DNA from: Balanoglossus misakiensis
Lineage: Eukaryota; Animalia; Hemichordata
Direction: 5' to 3'
Assembly (NCBI GenBank): GCA_040954595.2
Contig: CM082593.2
Coordinates: forward strand, 1,312,901 to 1,376,900
DNA length: 64,000 nucleotides
The notes beneath the pieces were generated by a model. That model was not told where the DNA came from and did not search any database. It saw only the letters and a list, made by a program, of their open reading frames with translations. The first letter of the stretch is position 1. The number at the start of each line of letters is the position of its first letter. A program made the position numbers and the translations under genes. Shown piece after piece: positions 41,660 through 53,651 of this stretch.

Positions 41660-42255
41660 AATATCGCAGAGAGAAAAAACGTCCTTGGCCTTTTTGCCTC
41701 CAACGACATACATACAGCGCTGCGGTTTCATGTTGTCTTTTTCGGGTTTCGTCAATGACTAACTCTAATAGTTGATGAAAATCAAGTGTTCACGTCAGTC
41801 ATGGAGTTGAATAGAATCGTCGTAACAACAACGCTCAACCGACCAATCTCATCAACCAAACCGCCATCATGGTGACTGCAACGCGACCATTCAGACAACG
41901 AAGAGTACAACCAGGCGTGCATTAACGGGACTTTCAAGTGTCTACAAATCCACCAACGTCACTTTCTCTGATTAACGATAAATGCCAACAGGATGGTGAC
42001 AAAAATTAAGGTAGGAAAATGACGCAAAGAATTGTCATTTGACTGCAACGTTAGGCAAGTCAAACAACGCCAGAAGCTCCACATTTTGCATTGAAGACCT
42101 GCTAATTGTGAATTGACTCTGTTAACAACTGAAGATCATCATATCTGTTACAGAATTATCTGTCAAAAGAAACATCTTCACCAGTTTTCAGCCACCTGCA
42201 TTGGTTCTTAAATCTGAAACTGTGGGTGTGGACATCACCGCGTGATTTCAAATGT
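41660..42255. repeat. Copy 3 of the diverged ~600-bp unit
   Basis: Anchors at 41748, 41855, 42009 and 42188, plus GTCCTTGGCCTTTT shared with copy 2 (41681 vs 40269). Boundaries approximate. Confidence 0.75.
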
Positions 42256-45200
42256 TTTATCAAGCTTAGTAATTGGCATTTCTTCGCCCGGGTGAGATAA
42301 TAATTCTAATCGACACACCCCACGCGGAGAAAGAGTCAAAAATGCTGAAAAGCACTACAGTTATTCCGCTATCTACCGCTATCTTGTAGTAGAGGCGATT
42401 CACAAACTCTAAAAATACAAATCTCGGTTTCCGTTGTGTAACCGAACGAATAAAATTAAAATATATAACATTTGCGCTCTTTGAAACTGTTTTCGTTGGA
42501 GCACACGGTAACGCACATTTATCAGTGATAAATGTGTGCTACTTCGCTGCCGTGTATCAACGAATTTTAAATCTTTCTGACCGTCACAATTAATGCACAC
42601 TTGAAAACCAAGTATAATCTTCAAATAGGTGACGGGTCATCGTGTCCTAGCGTTTCCAAAGAAACAAACTCAATAACTACCAGAAGAAGAAAAAGGACAA
42701 TACCGGGGAAAACAGCGACTTTGGCGACAAGAGGCAGCCGTTTTTTTAAGTAATGTTACAGTCTGATTCCAGCCGTTAAAATAATTAGGTATGAAAGCTA
42801 ATATATCCTAATATCAAAATGCCAACGCATGGCAAAGTATATAAATCCCAATTTCGGATGTTCTGGAAATATAGATTTCAATAAGTGGAAAATATGAACA
42901 AGGGAATGAGACAGCGTGTATTGACATGTCGTTAATGTTCCCTCTAATGGGTTGAGATTATTCCGATGCGGTCCAGTCACAATAGATGTTGTGTTACCCT
43001 TGTACTACAACCTGCATGTACCGTACTTGTAATTAGTGTTAGAATGAACCTCTTTTACTTGTTGGTTTTTATGGAAAGCATATTGGTTTCTGGAAACCTT
43101 GACTTAAGCGATTTATTCGAACAAATGGTAAACAGAGATACAAAATTGAAAATGTGGTGGGAATGGCGGTTAATGAGTACGGTCAAGGTAAAAGATCTGA
43201 CTAGATGAGACAAGGGAAAAAACAAGGCGTCGCGGGAAAATTTTTAAACATTTTGAACGTTCGTATTTTTAAAATTTTAAACAATGTCGACACAGGTACA
43301 GTGAATGGGCAAGTGAGAACCAAGAATCTTCAATTTCGAGCCAGGTCATGTCTGGTGAACGACTGACTGACAGCCGAGAGGGTCATGCAGCTTTCTGCGT
43401 CACGTCCAGACATGCTTGGCCGAAAAATGATTAAAACTGCGGCCTTCTGCCCGACTGTCCCAAAGAGATCGCACGCAACAACAGAAGGCCATCGAGTTTG
43501 GTTGAAATCTACTGATAAGTACTGTAAATGATGCGACTAACATTGCGGATCCTACAGCCTACATCATATCACTGTAAGACGGGCTTTTTTTGGCTATTGG
43601 CTAACTAACTGGTTGACCGACTTGCAAACTGCTAGACTAGACAGAATTTGTTGTGATACAGATTGTCGATAAAATGACTGATTTTATTTCATTCAAACCT
43701 TTCAAGTCGTCTGACGTACGAATCACAGTCCAAACATGGTCGACATACCGTGGCTACACACTCAACACTAAGACGATGATTCTGAACTGTCCCTTGTCCA
43801 AATATCGACAATAAGAACAGAAGAACTTTTCTTGCGGTTTGACAATTGCAGTAAATCTAATGCACGGGTCAAGTACATGCAATTAATGTGTACCAACACT
43901 TCAAGATTCACTAATCGACACACGTGTCTCCTCCTTAAACGACGCTACACAGAAGAAAGCGATCTGACAAGTTTATCATGAACAAACGGTGTGCCAGAGA
44001 GACGCGTTAGTTATAGCGGGCACGACATGCGGACGATTTTACGAATATCGAGAAAGTTGTACAGAAAGCGCTTTCTGGCAAAGAGGAAAATTATTTCAGG
44101 ACATCCGTGAGAAAACATTCGATTTCAGAATTTTCAGAATTTACAGATTTAATAAAAACGGAAATAGCTAATCAAGTGATTTTTAAAACTGGACAGACAG
44201 AAACATGATTTGTAGGTAACAGTCTTAATTCGATATTCAAATCGAAAATTCTGACAAATAATTCACAGGTAAAGGTTTATTTTTAGATATCTCTATCTTA
44301 CTATCAATGTTCAATTAGACTCAGGCATGTAAATGACTAGTATCACATGGACAAAAAGACAAAGTGCATCTTCTGCATGTGACAAGATTGACCCGCGAAA
44401 AGTTCCATTCACATTAAGATTTTTTTCACAGAGAAATCACACACTGTTATTACAGTGGCAACAGTCAAATAATATACATCCAAAAAGAGTTTTTAAAAGT
44501 TGAAGAATGTTGACAAAATTGTTTAATATCCTCGACGTACGATTTATCGAATGAGTCTCGCTGAAAATAAATTTTGTCGCGGCTCTCCACCTTGGTGGTC
44601 ATTTTTATTGGCAATTTATTTAATCTACAAGTGATGGTTATTTTAAAAATGAAAACATAAAGTAATTATTCTGCTATTCCTTTGATATTATGCGCGATGG
44701 AGAATCTCACTTCATAGGCCATAAATTTCTCAAACTTAGCTAGGTATTTAATTCACTTACAGGGTCCAATAAAAATGTTTCTCAATTACCCTACAATGGT
44801 GTATCAAGTTTTTACTAAACTTGTCGTAAAACGGTGTGTTTTGCAGTTTCATTTCGACAATAAAATACAGTAATTTTTTTTCAAAACTTTTAAACAAAAA
44901 AACTCCAGAAACACATCAATTTAGTCCTGGCATGACCTTTGACCGTTATCGTCTATGCACCTATGTCCTAAACGCAATCAATTACATCTGTTCAAACGAA
45001 ACGCTATCAACGATTCCGCCTTGAATGCCAAACGGATGTTCCCTTTGGAACCGCCGTAGACAACACCGAAGATGATAACGATCACCTTAACACACACATG
45101 TCAGCTCTTTTAAATAGATTAATGTACAAAAACCCGAGTGCAAACAACCCTTTTAGTTACATTCCTCGATTGCTATGGTAACGTTGATACAAACACCCTC

Positions 45201-45618
45201 ACCAGCACTCCCCAATGAGATCACTGGAACAGAAATTAAGTTGTATCCACACGCCAAAAATCTAATTTAAAAATGAACTTGTATGTTTCTTACAAGGCGA
45301 AAAATTAGCTTATTTTAGTTATACTCTTTCATAATAATTCCTCACTGGACGTTTAAATATTTGCCAATACAGCTGAATTAATATACAATTTCCTTCCCAG
45401 TGGCGAAGGATATTACATAGCTTTTTTTTTCCGCGCGTAATTTTCGATGGGTTACTCGCGCCGACGACGCTCCCAGGCAGGGAAGCCAGAATACAAAACC
45501 TAATTAATAAACAACCTAAATGACGATATGTCTACAGTTGTACATGGCAACATACGCCTTTCAAAAGTCTGTCAGCTTATCAGTAAATTTACACAGACGG
45601 AGCAGTGCGCAGGTCCTG

Positions 45619-45626
45619 TATAAATA
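45619..45626 (+). promoter_or_regulatory. Candidate TATA box (TATAAATA) of an unannotated transcript
   Basis: Consensus TATA followed by a CpG-richer ~190-nt segment ending in a perfect AAG|GTGAGT donor at 45833. X-box-like GTTGTACATGGCAAC at 45537-45551. Confidence 0.4.
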
Positions 45627-48233
45627 GTCGCCCAGATTGTACCAGGTGAACGGAGGTACATGAGGCTTTCGGTTAAACCACGCGAGAGTATCGCGAAGTG
45701 TTCTAGTCGCGTCCTGTGGGTCGGTGTTACTGAGGCGATGGGCAGAAGAGAGATAGCACGTATCGGTCTCCACTCGAGAGAGAAACAGGCGAAGTCCTAA
45801 AGATTCGAAAAAGAGTGAAATTGTGGAAAAAGGTGAGTGGGAGCGAGTTTCTACGAAACTAAACCAAAGCAACTCCGGCTGGAACGCGATTGTACATTTA
45901 TGCAATCAAATTCCGAGGTTAAGTCTCAGTTACCTCTCTACAAAACTGGTGGCCAAGTGCGACAGAACAGTCAAATTCGGTGACTTGGGGATGACTCGCT
46001 ACAGATGGAGTTAAAATCAACGATCTCGGTTTATTGAACTGACGGAGAGTAATTCGCTGTCAATGAACAGCTCTGAGTGCCTCGGCCTGTTATAATTTAC
46101 GATGTACACCCTCATTACAAGATCTTTTGATTTATGACTTTCAGTGATACACTACAATAATATTGATCAGTGAATCACTAAATTGACACCGCGCACACGA
46201 CTGACAAGTCTACTTTCACGAACAAGAGACCTTCGTTTTCGTGGTCCACTGGTCCTCGATTGGCCCAAAGTCAATCGCGAGGAGCGCGGTACATAAGTGA
46301 CCAGCACGCGTCCGCTACTTCTTTCGACGCGATTTTACGGTTATATAACAGAGATTTACACATAAAATTCCATTTACACCGACTCACACGCACGGAAAAG
46401 CACTCGTCCATGGATACAAAATGGCCGGCGTGGAAAGATCGGTTTTTTCTCTCCCACGGTGCGACCATTTGTAGTCTAAAGTTGACGCATTTTGTCATGA
46501 AGCACTTCGAAGCCGATGACAAAACAACGTGCAGTTGTAAACAGTAATGAGTACAAAAAAACAGGCAATGACGGCAAATCGGTAAGACAACAAGCACGAA
46601 AATATGAATGTTTCCTTCGGAGGAAAAGAAAACGTTGAAATGTTACGAATATGATTCTCGGGCGTGGCAGAAGGCAAGGTAATATAAGGTCAAAGGTTAT
46701 TTACCTGGTACGCGTATTCCTGATTCTAAAATTGTTGAACTTCATAAAACTGTAAATCATCACTTGTGTAAAAATTACACATCAAAGGTAATCGTACTTT
46801 ATGACTCATACAAACTAATATTGTAAAGTAAACTGAACATAAATTTGAGCAGAAAACAGCTCTATGTTCTATCTGGTCCAGGTTGTGAGATTTTAGTTGT
46901 TGTTTGTAGAGAAAATAAGACTTATTAAATAGAAAGGGTTCTGGTTTAGGTTTTGTGTTTGGAAACTGCGAGACAGGTCACATGATTGTTTTCACGTTTG
47001 CACGGATATTGGATCAGCTTTGGGAGTTACCGGGCGCCATGTTGAGTGGCAAAGCACAGGGCATCTGTTGTGTCGCCATTGACGTTAATAAATCTGCAAA
47101 ACGTTATGAGTCACCGGTTATTAAGACTGGGTGGTACAAATTCAAACTAAAATCAAAGGAAACGCATACATATTAAGTCGTCATTTTATGACGTTCACAC
47201 AACCGGGTCAGATTTTGGGGCCATATCATCTGAAATCCTTTCCTACGCAAGAAAAACACGAGTAGATACGTGACGGAACTTTAGCTGTTGTGGTGAAGAC
47301 AATTTACAAAAGTATACAATCGAGCGACAGTTTTATTCGTCATGAAAAATTTAAGGCACAAGAGTTCGTTTAAATGTCACGTCATATATGCATTTGTCTA
47401 ACGGCTGAGGTTCAACTTTAACCGACTCACTCCAGAGGAATCGACATTAATCTTTCTGAACAGTGCAGTTCGTACCAGTTTGTTCGGGGTACCGTCTTAT
47501 CCTCTTGTTCAAATCAACATTCTACAGGTGTTTGGAAGCTCCGGTCAACGCGTTGCTCATCTGCCAAAACATGAGCCCCGACTTTTCAAACACACAGTGT
47601 CCTTCTCTTTTTAGTATAAGTGTTCTCCTGCAAAAATTGTGTCATTTGAGCAAATTTTCGTTAAAATAAATCTCCAAATTTTCAGACGCGGTGGTTTATT
47701 AACATGTAAATCGGCCATTGGATTTGGTTAATGTCTTACTTGTCTCGATGCAACCATGGACAATGTGATAAGATAACTGAACCCTAACAGTGACCTCATA
47801 TCGGGCGATCGACGAGGCATTTCGCGCCAAAATGGTAAGAGCCAGATCCGATGAGTTTCTAATCACTGAAGATCCTATGTCCAGAAGTATTTAATTTACA
47901 TTCCGGGTGAAACATAGAGGGTATTTTAACCGGCAAAATTCACGTGGATACATAAAGTGGCGGCGTTTGGAAAATCTGCGAGATTTTGACCTTCAATCCG
48001 CCAAATGCAGAAATCTATGTTTGCCAAGGCTTGTGAACATTCGGTACGGCCAAGGAAACTTCGGATACACGTTATAAATTGTTGATGTGATTGTCCAAGC
48101 AAGTTAGAAGTCACATCCCGATAACATATCACCGCGCCAAACAAGGCATACATTTAGTAGTGTTGTCTAATATCAACCAAGTAAAAATAGAAATTCACAA
48201 CATTTGACTTGGCTTACTTAACCACCATATTCC

Positions 48234-48500
48234 CGAAAAAATCACAATTTGCAAAATATCCTATTTTTCTAAAGGTTGAACGATTTAGAATGTGCGTACT
48301 GCCAGGTAAAAACGAAACACTAAATATTACAATGTCGTTAGATTTTACAAAATGTTCACTTGTATTGAATTTTAAACATATTTTCAAACATCTTGTGCAA
48401 CAGATTATAAAATCAACTAATCATAATGCATTCGTTTAAAGGAAACAATCTTTACATATAACGAATATGTGCAAACGTGTTGCAGTTTTGCGATTTTTCG
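48234..48500. mobile_element. Possible decayed MITE (imperfect terminal inverted repeats)
   Basis: Left CGAAAAAATCACAATTTGCAA versus reverse complement of the right end CGAAAAATCGCAAAACTGCAA. AT-rich non-coding interior. No clear target-site duplication. Confidence 0.35.
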
Positions 48501-49673
48501 TGTTTGGCTACTACATAGCGGCTTCTCTCGCAATAAATTAATCTACAAATGTCGATAATCGAACACTGCAATGAGCATGAAGTTGTTCTAAGTTGTTCAC
48601 AAGTTAGTGTTTAACGGGATACTTGAAGGTGTCAATCTGCCTGAAGTGAAATCTTCTTTCAAAAAATCTCTATCCCTCGTTATTAACTGATGCCAACGAA
48701 ATGGTTTTAAATGGCTGGTATATGAGTAAAATTTAACCAGAGTGACGTCATGCATCACGACGTTAATCATTCGATTATGGGTCACATGACCATGGCGACA
48801 AAATACAGTTTTGAATATCTGGAGGGGAGCGTAACTGGTACCGCTAGGTGAAGTTTGGTACCGGCATTCCCGCGTCACTCGTCACTGCATCGTGTTGCAT
48901 TCTGAAGGAACGCTTGAACCACCACGGGCTGTGGCGAAATCACGCTACTTTTTCTCGCCGCACCAGACACGTGCACGAAAGGTGTGAACACCCTCGCTGG
49001 AGAGAAAACCACAAGTTCTTGGTTGTCATAACGTTGCCTGGTCTCATAACTTACCAGAAAGGTACATATAAGCGTTTTGAAGTCACCGCGTGTTAGCAAC
49101 TATCTCTTCGCTTAGTGTTTTCCGCGGCTGTTGAAATCATAGCGCAAAGCCGGGTACAGCCAACATGGCCTTCAAATTTCAGTCTCATGACCCTGAGAGA
49201 TATATCATATGCTTTTATCATATTTTACATATGTTAGGACAGTGATACCCGGTGAAAAACAGTCGAAAAACAGCATGGACGTGATGTCGGCTTGACATAG
49301 CCAAACACAGCATATCTTGTATAACACGATAGTAAATCCTTGAACGGCTGAAGTATGAAACTTACATTCATAAATGTCATTTCTCAAGGTAAAACATCAA
49401 GCACGTGTAATTATTGTAAATATGTAAGAAAACGTCATGTTGGTATAAACAGTGTTTAAAGAGAGTTCAGGCATTGGTTTGGCTTGCATATGAAAATTAT
49501 TGGAACGCTGGGCAACAGGTGGTTGGTCGCCGGGGCCAGGTGCGTTTGATTGAGCTACGAAAATTCTGTCTTCACATTTTCTCTACCTATCTGTCTCTCT
49601 CTCCGTCTCTCTATCTCTACCTTCCCTTCATCCACATATTCTATCATCGTATCTATTTTATTTTTCGTTACAG

Positions 49674-49910
49674 ATTCTCGATCCTGGATGTCAACTCTCA
49701 GCCAATGGGAAATCCGGTTACACAAAGACTTGCTTCATCTTTTACCCCGTATTAACACTGAGGTTGATGTTCGATTTTGGATACCATCAGCCTCGCTGTC
49801 AATACGGCGTAAGGGATGGTACTCAACACGCCCGTGTCGATGGAATACTTTGGTGGGGGGAAAAAACACGTGTGCTTCTACAAGTCGTCGACCGTTTTGG
49901 TGAGAATAAA
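49674..49910 (+). other. Candidate exon of unknown gene or lncRNA
   Basis: Long pyrimidine tract (49570-49670) ending in TTACAG|. Two frames stay open across the segment. It ends with either TTTG|GTGAGA (possible donor at 49900) or TGA followed by AATAAA at 49905-49910. Confidence 0.35.
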
Positions 49911-50048
49911 AACTTGTCCACAGAGTTAAACATGCCAATAGTAACCAAGTGATACGTCCTGCAATTGTCTTTTGTCACAGCGAGAATATGACATAGCATT
50001 TATGGTGTTCATTTGTGTGACGTTCATGTGTATCTGATATTTGTGGGA

Positions 50049-50420
50049 TAAGGGTACGCTCACTCGTTAGTGAGAGACATGGATTTTTCAAGTTAAAATT
50101 TATGTACCGTAGTATTTAAGATTTTACTGTGACTTTTGAACACAGCCACGATCAGTAACTACGCCCCCATGTGTAGAGCAAACATAGACTCTCGTTTACA
50201 CTATTTGACGGTTCATTATAAATCCGGCAATTACTCAAAATTGAAACATCCTTCCTCTTTCGGACTGGTCTCACCTTATGTTTAAAAGGGCCATGACATT
50301 TTAACATTAATTTTAAACATATGTATATATATCCTTACAGTGAACACATTAAAGATAACGTAAATATATTATTTTGAAATCAAAATCCTGTGTCTGTATG
50401 AGTTATGTGTCATTCCCTAA
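50049..50420. mobile_element. Possible decayed MITE (imperfect inverted termini)
   Basis: TAAGGG...AGACATGGATTTT at the left end versus AAAATCCTGTGTCT...CCCTAA at the right end. Confidence 0.3.
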
Positions 50421-53400
50421 GAGTTTCAAAGTTGTCAGTTATTTACAATCTACAATTTATATCAGTTGTAGTTGGTTCAAACCCAGACATACAATCTTGT
50501 TTGTGTTGTGAGGTTTGTTGGACTTAATACATTTGGCCTTGCAAACAGCGAAGAGTTGTGAATTGATAAGGAAAACAGACAAATTGGCATCACTATTGTC
50601 TCCCACGTGTCTTATCCCGCGACACGCCACACGGTACTACTGAGGCAAAATCTCGACATAGAATATTCGACTGACATCAACGCTTCCAGACTAAACTAGA
50701 TACACTGTACTGTGGTCTGGAAGATTCAATATTTGTACAACTACAACATTAACATCACAGAATATCTATATCAGAAAACCTAATATATACAAACGACTTT
50801 GAAATCCCCAATCAGAGATTAGTAGTCGAGGGTATGTGGAGTAAAGCTTTCACGAACAACCGAAGATAGCGGAGTGATCGAAAACGACGTGTCCAAGTGA
50901 TGAGTCCTGTGACCACTCAGTAATTCGGTCCTGTTTCACTTCCGTTGTAACTATGTTTGTAACACAAACAGACATTATCAACCATTTAACCCCTGACATC
51001 TACTCAGTGAAAGATGATCAACTAAAGGTCAACGGTTAACATCTTAGTTAACAAAGTTAAATTTTCACCCGATAAAGTAAACGCCATAATATATTGACTA
51101 TTGTTAAGTTGATGCAAATCAGAGTTAAATTCTACCATGTGCACAGCGCCATCAACAGGACACAAGATTTTATTCTGGCGGCAGATTCATGTTATCATGT
51201 ACAGGATACAATCACAGCTAGATTCGACCCTTCTTCACCCACCTATACATGACAAATGTCAGATGGTATACCAGCAGAGAATTTCGGACAACTGAATGAC
51301 AATGCAGTGTACTTTTGAGAGAGGTCGCGGTGACGTCAACACATTTTCTGGCGTCAGGTGGCCTCTAACTACTCGACAATATCAACCTTGAACTCAACGT
51401 TAAGTTCATCCCGTGACAATCATCATTTATGACAATGCTGGTAGGCTTCGGTTGCACAAATTTAAGACTGTGACACCATGAAAGCGTACGCACGCACGCT
51501 CATCATCATCGACAGGCGAGAAGGGCGAACCACTGTCGGTTCTGTGGCGCCCTCACGCGTGCATGGTGGACGAAGGACAGGGAGCGAATCCAGCTCTAGC
51601 TAGCTATTCATGAACTCTAGTATCAATGATTGATAAGCGACTTGAAAGTGCCCACGGCGTGGTTTGTGCATTAAACTGGCCAGTTAGCACGCAATACATT
51701 GTACAGCCCAGAGCGAACTATTCACAATCCATCATCAGTCGCTTTTAAAACTCAGCCCTGGTTCGGATAATCCACCGTGACGATCGACAATATGTGATCG
51801 TCTCCCTTTTATTTGACCCTCCTTTACCTTTTGTGGGGGAAATGCGTCATAATATTCTAACATGCAAATGACCATTGCCAGAATACCATCAAACATATGC
51901 CCTACATCCATATTCGCACGCAAAGTCATAAAAACAGATGGTGGCGTTATGATAGTTGTTGATACGAGGTAAAATCCCATATGGTCTCTTTATTGTTTTG
52001 CATCGAATTACTACCAATTCAAAAGAAGTAAATATTTTTAATGGTATCGGATTTATGTTGGGTGGGCTATCTATGCAAAGACAGTGAAAATACTTGAAAA
52101 CACATTTATTTGTTTGTTTCTTTACGTTAAATATGTCTGTTATAATCACACTACCAGATATGCAAATTATTGTATTAATTTATATATCAAAGTTTATCGA
52201 CGAACATGAGGATGAGAAACAAAACCTATTTCTCTTTCGGCCTCAATTCTCACTAGAGAATAAAATAAATTATTACAACTTTCTCTTTAAACATTTAACG
52301 GTCGAAACAAAAACTTTATCACTCCGTACGGTAATTCACAAATATGTAAATAAATGCTGACGTCACACCGCGGAAGGCATTTTACAAAATTACGAATTTC
52401 CGCCGTTGCGGATGCGCACCGGAATACTTGCGCGGGAGACAGGAAAGACCTTCGGTTGTTGTGTTGGTAACGGATACGTGCCATTTGTGTTTTTGTTGAA
52501 TCGGACTGAAGTGCCACTTTCTGTGAGGATGAAAACTAGGAACGCGAAATGAATTTGTTCTGTCCACACTTCTCTCTCGACAAGATTCTATGACGATGTG
52601 AAGTACCTTGGAAATTTATGGGCCAATTCACGGCAAACAAAATGTGCTGGAGAAGAGTGAAATTTATAAAAGAGGCTTTGAAATCAAGAATTACTACTGT
52701 TTCGTCTCTCAAAAGTTGGCTTTTTCCGAATGGCAAAAATCTTTCAGCCTTTTCTCCGTAAACCACAAATATCGATGACGTTGCAATCCACGCGCCCTTC
52801 CATGTCATCAAAAGTTGATAAACTTTCTAAGCGACCCACATCGGTACACGAATTCACCTTGCCCCTAAAACATGGCAATTAATTAAAAAAAATTGATTTA
52901 ATAATATTGGCCTCGGGTTACGGAACTAGAACAAATTTCTCGTTTGTATTTTACGCTACACCTTGCACTCAATTCAATTGATATGGATATATATGCTAGC
53001 CATTTATAGGAAAAGTAATTTACTTTACTTGTTAGAAATAATAACTGACAGTAATAACTTGGTGAATAATAGATCACCGGAAAGTTAATGCCTGCGGATA
53101 TTGATCACAAACGATAAACGAAACTCACACATTTCATAAGGTAATAATCATAATAATACTGGAAGGGAAAACGAGAATCTCTCACGCTTGACGTGGACGT
53201 GCTAAGTGACACCTTGAACATCTTTTCTCAGTGATTTCTCACGAATTACCTCGCGTGTTGAAAGGAAAAAGTATTCCATCATGCCGAAGGAAAGTGTTTC
53301 GATCTTCGAGTCAACCGCGCTTTAATGGCCACTCAACGCACAGGGGTTATTAATCCAGCCATCCGATATTTACGGCAAACAAAATAAAAAACCGCTGACA

Positions 53401-53494
53401 TACGTTGCTAATGCACGGGTGAGTACGGATTATGTTTCTGCGCATACAAAGGGAAATAGCAAAAAATGTTTATCGTCAGACGTCGTTGGCTTCC

Positions 53495-53507
53495 GCGCCT
53501 ATAAAAG
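53495..53507 (+). promoter_or_regulatory. TATA box (GCGCCTATAAAAG) of the QRFPR-like gene
   Basis: Consensus TATAAAAG at 53500-53507 with a GC-rich BRE-like flank, about 150 nt upstream of the ATG. Implies a TSS near 53530. Confidence 0.6.
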
Positions 53508-53651
53508 TCCAGGCGAAAGTGCTCCGCTTCAATACGAGCAGCTGTGGTTAATTACTCCGCGTACAAGATCGGACGTCGTTCGCTTGAGAAGACGGCGAAT
53601 TTCGCTCGGAAAAGCTGACATTTTGGGGAAGATAATATAATTTTGGTGAAA

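Noticed and set aside
38620-42255. Repeated unit considered as a CRISPR-like or satellite array
   Set aside because: Units are long, diverged and irregularly spaced, there are no cas genes, and the DNA is eukaryotic.
43330-43520. Minus-strand frame containing RWP..ACDL and SCMTLSAVS, resembling GPCR ECL1/TM3
   Set aside because: The spacing between the Cys and the S..TL.A.S motif is about twice that of TM3, and no DRY follows. Probably chance.
45561-45905. 114-aa minus-strand ORF
   Set aside because: No recognisable domain, signal peptide or splice context. The + strand TATA/donor reading explains the region better.
53643-53651. ORF-track start at TTG
   Set aside because: Eukaryotic context. 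The in-frame ATG at 53652 is the plausible start.
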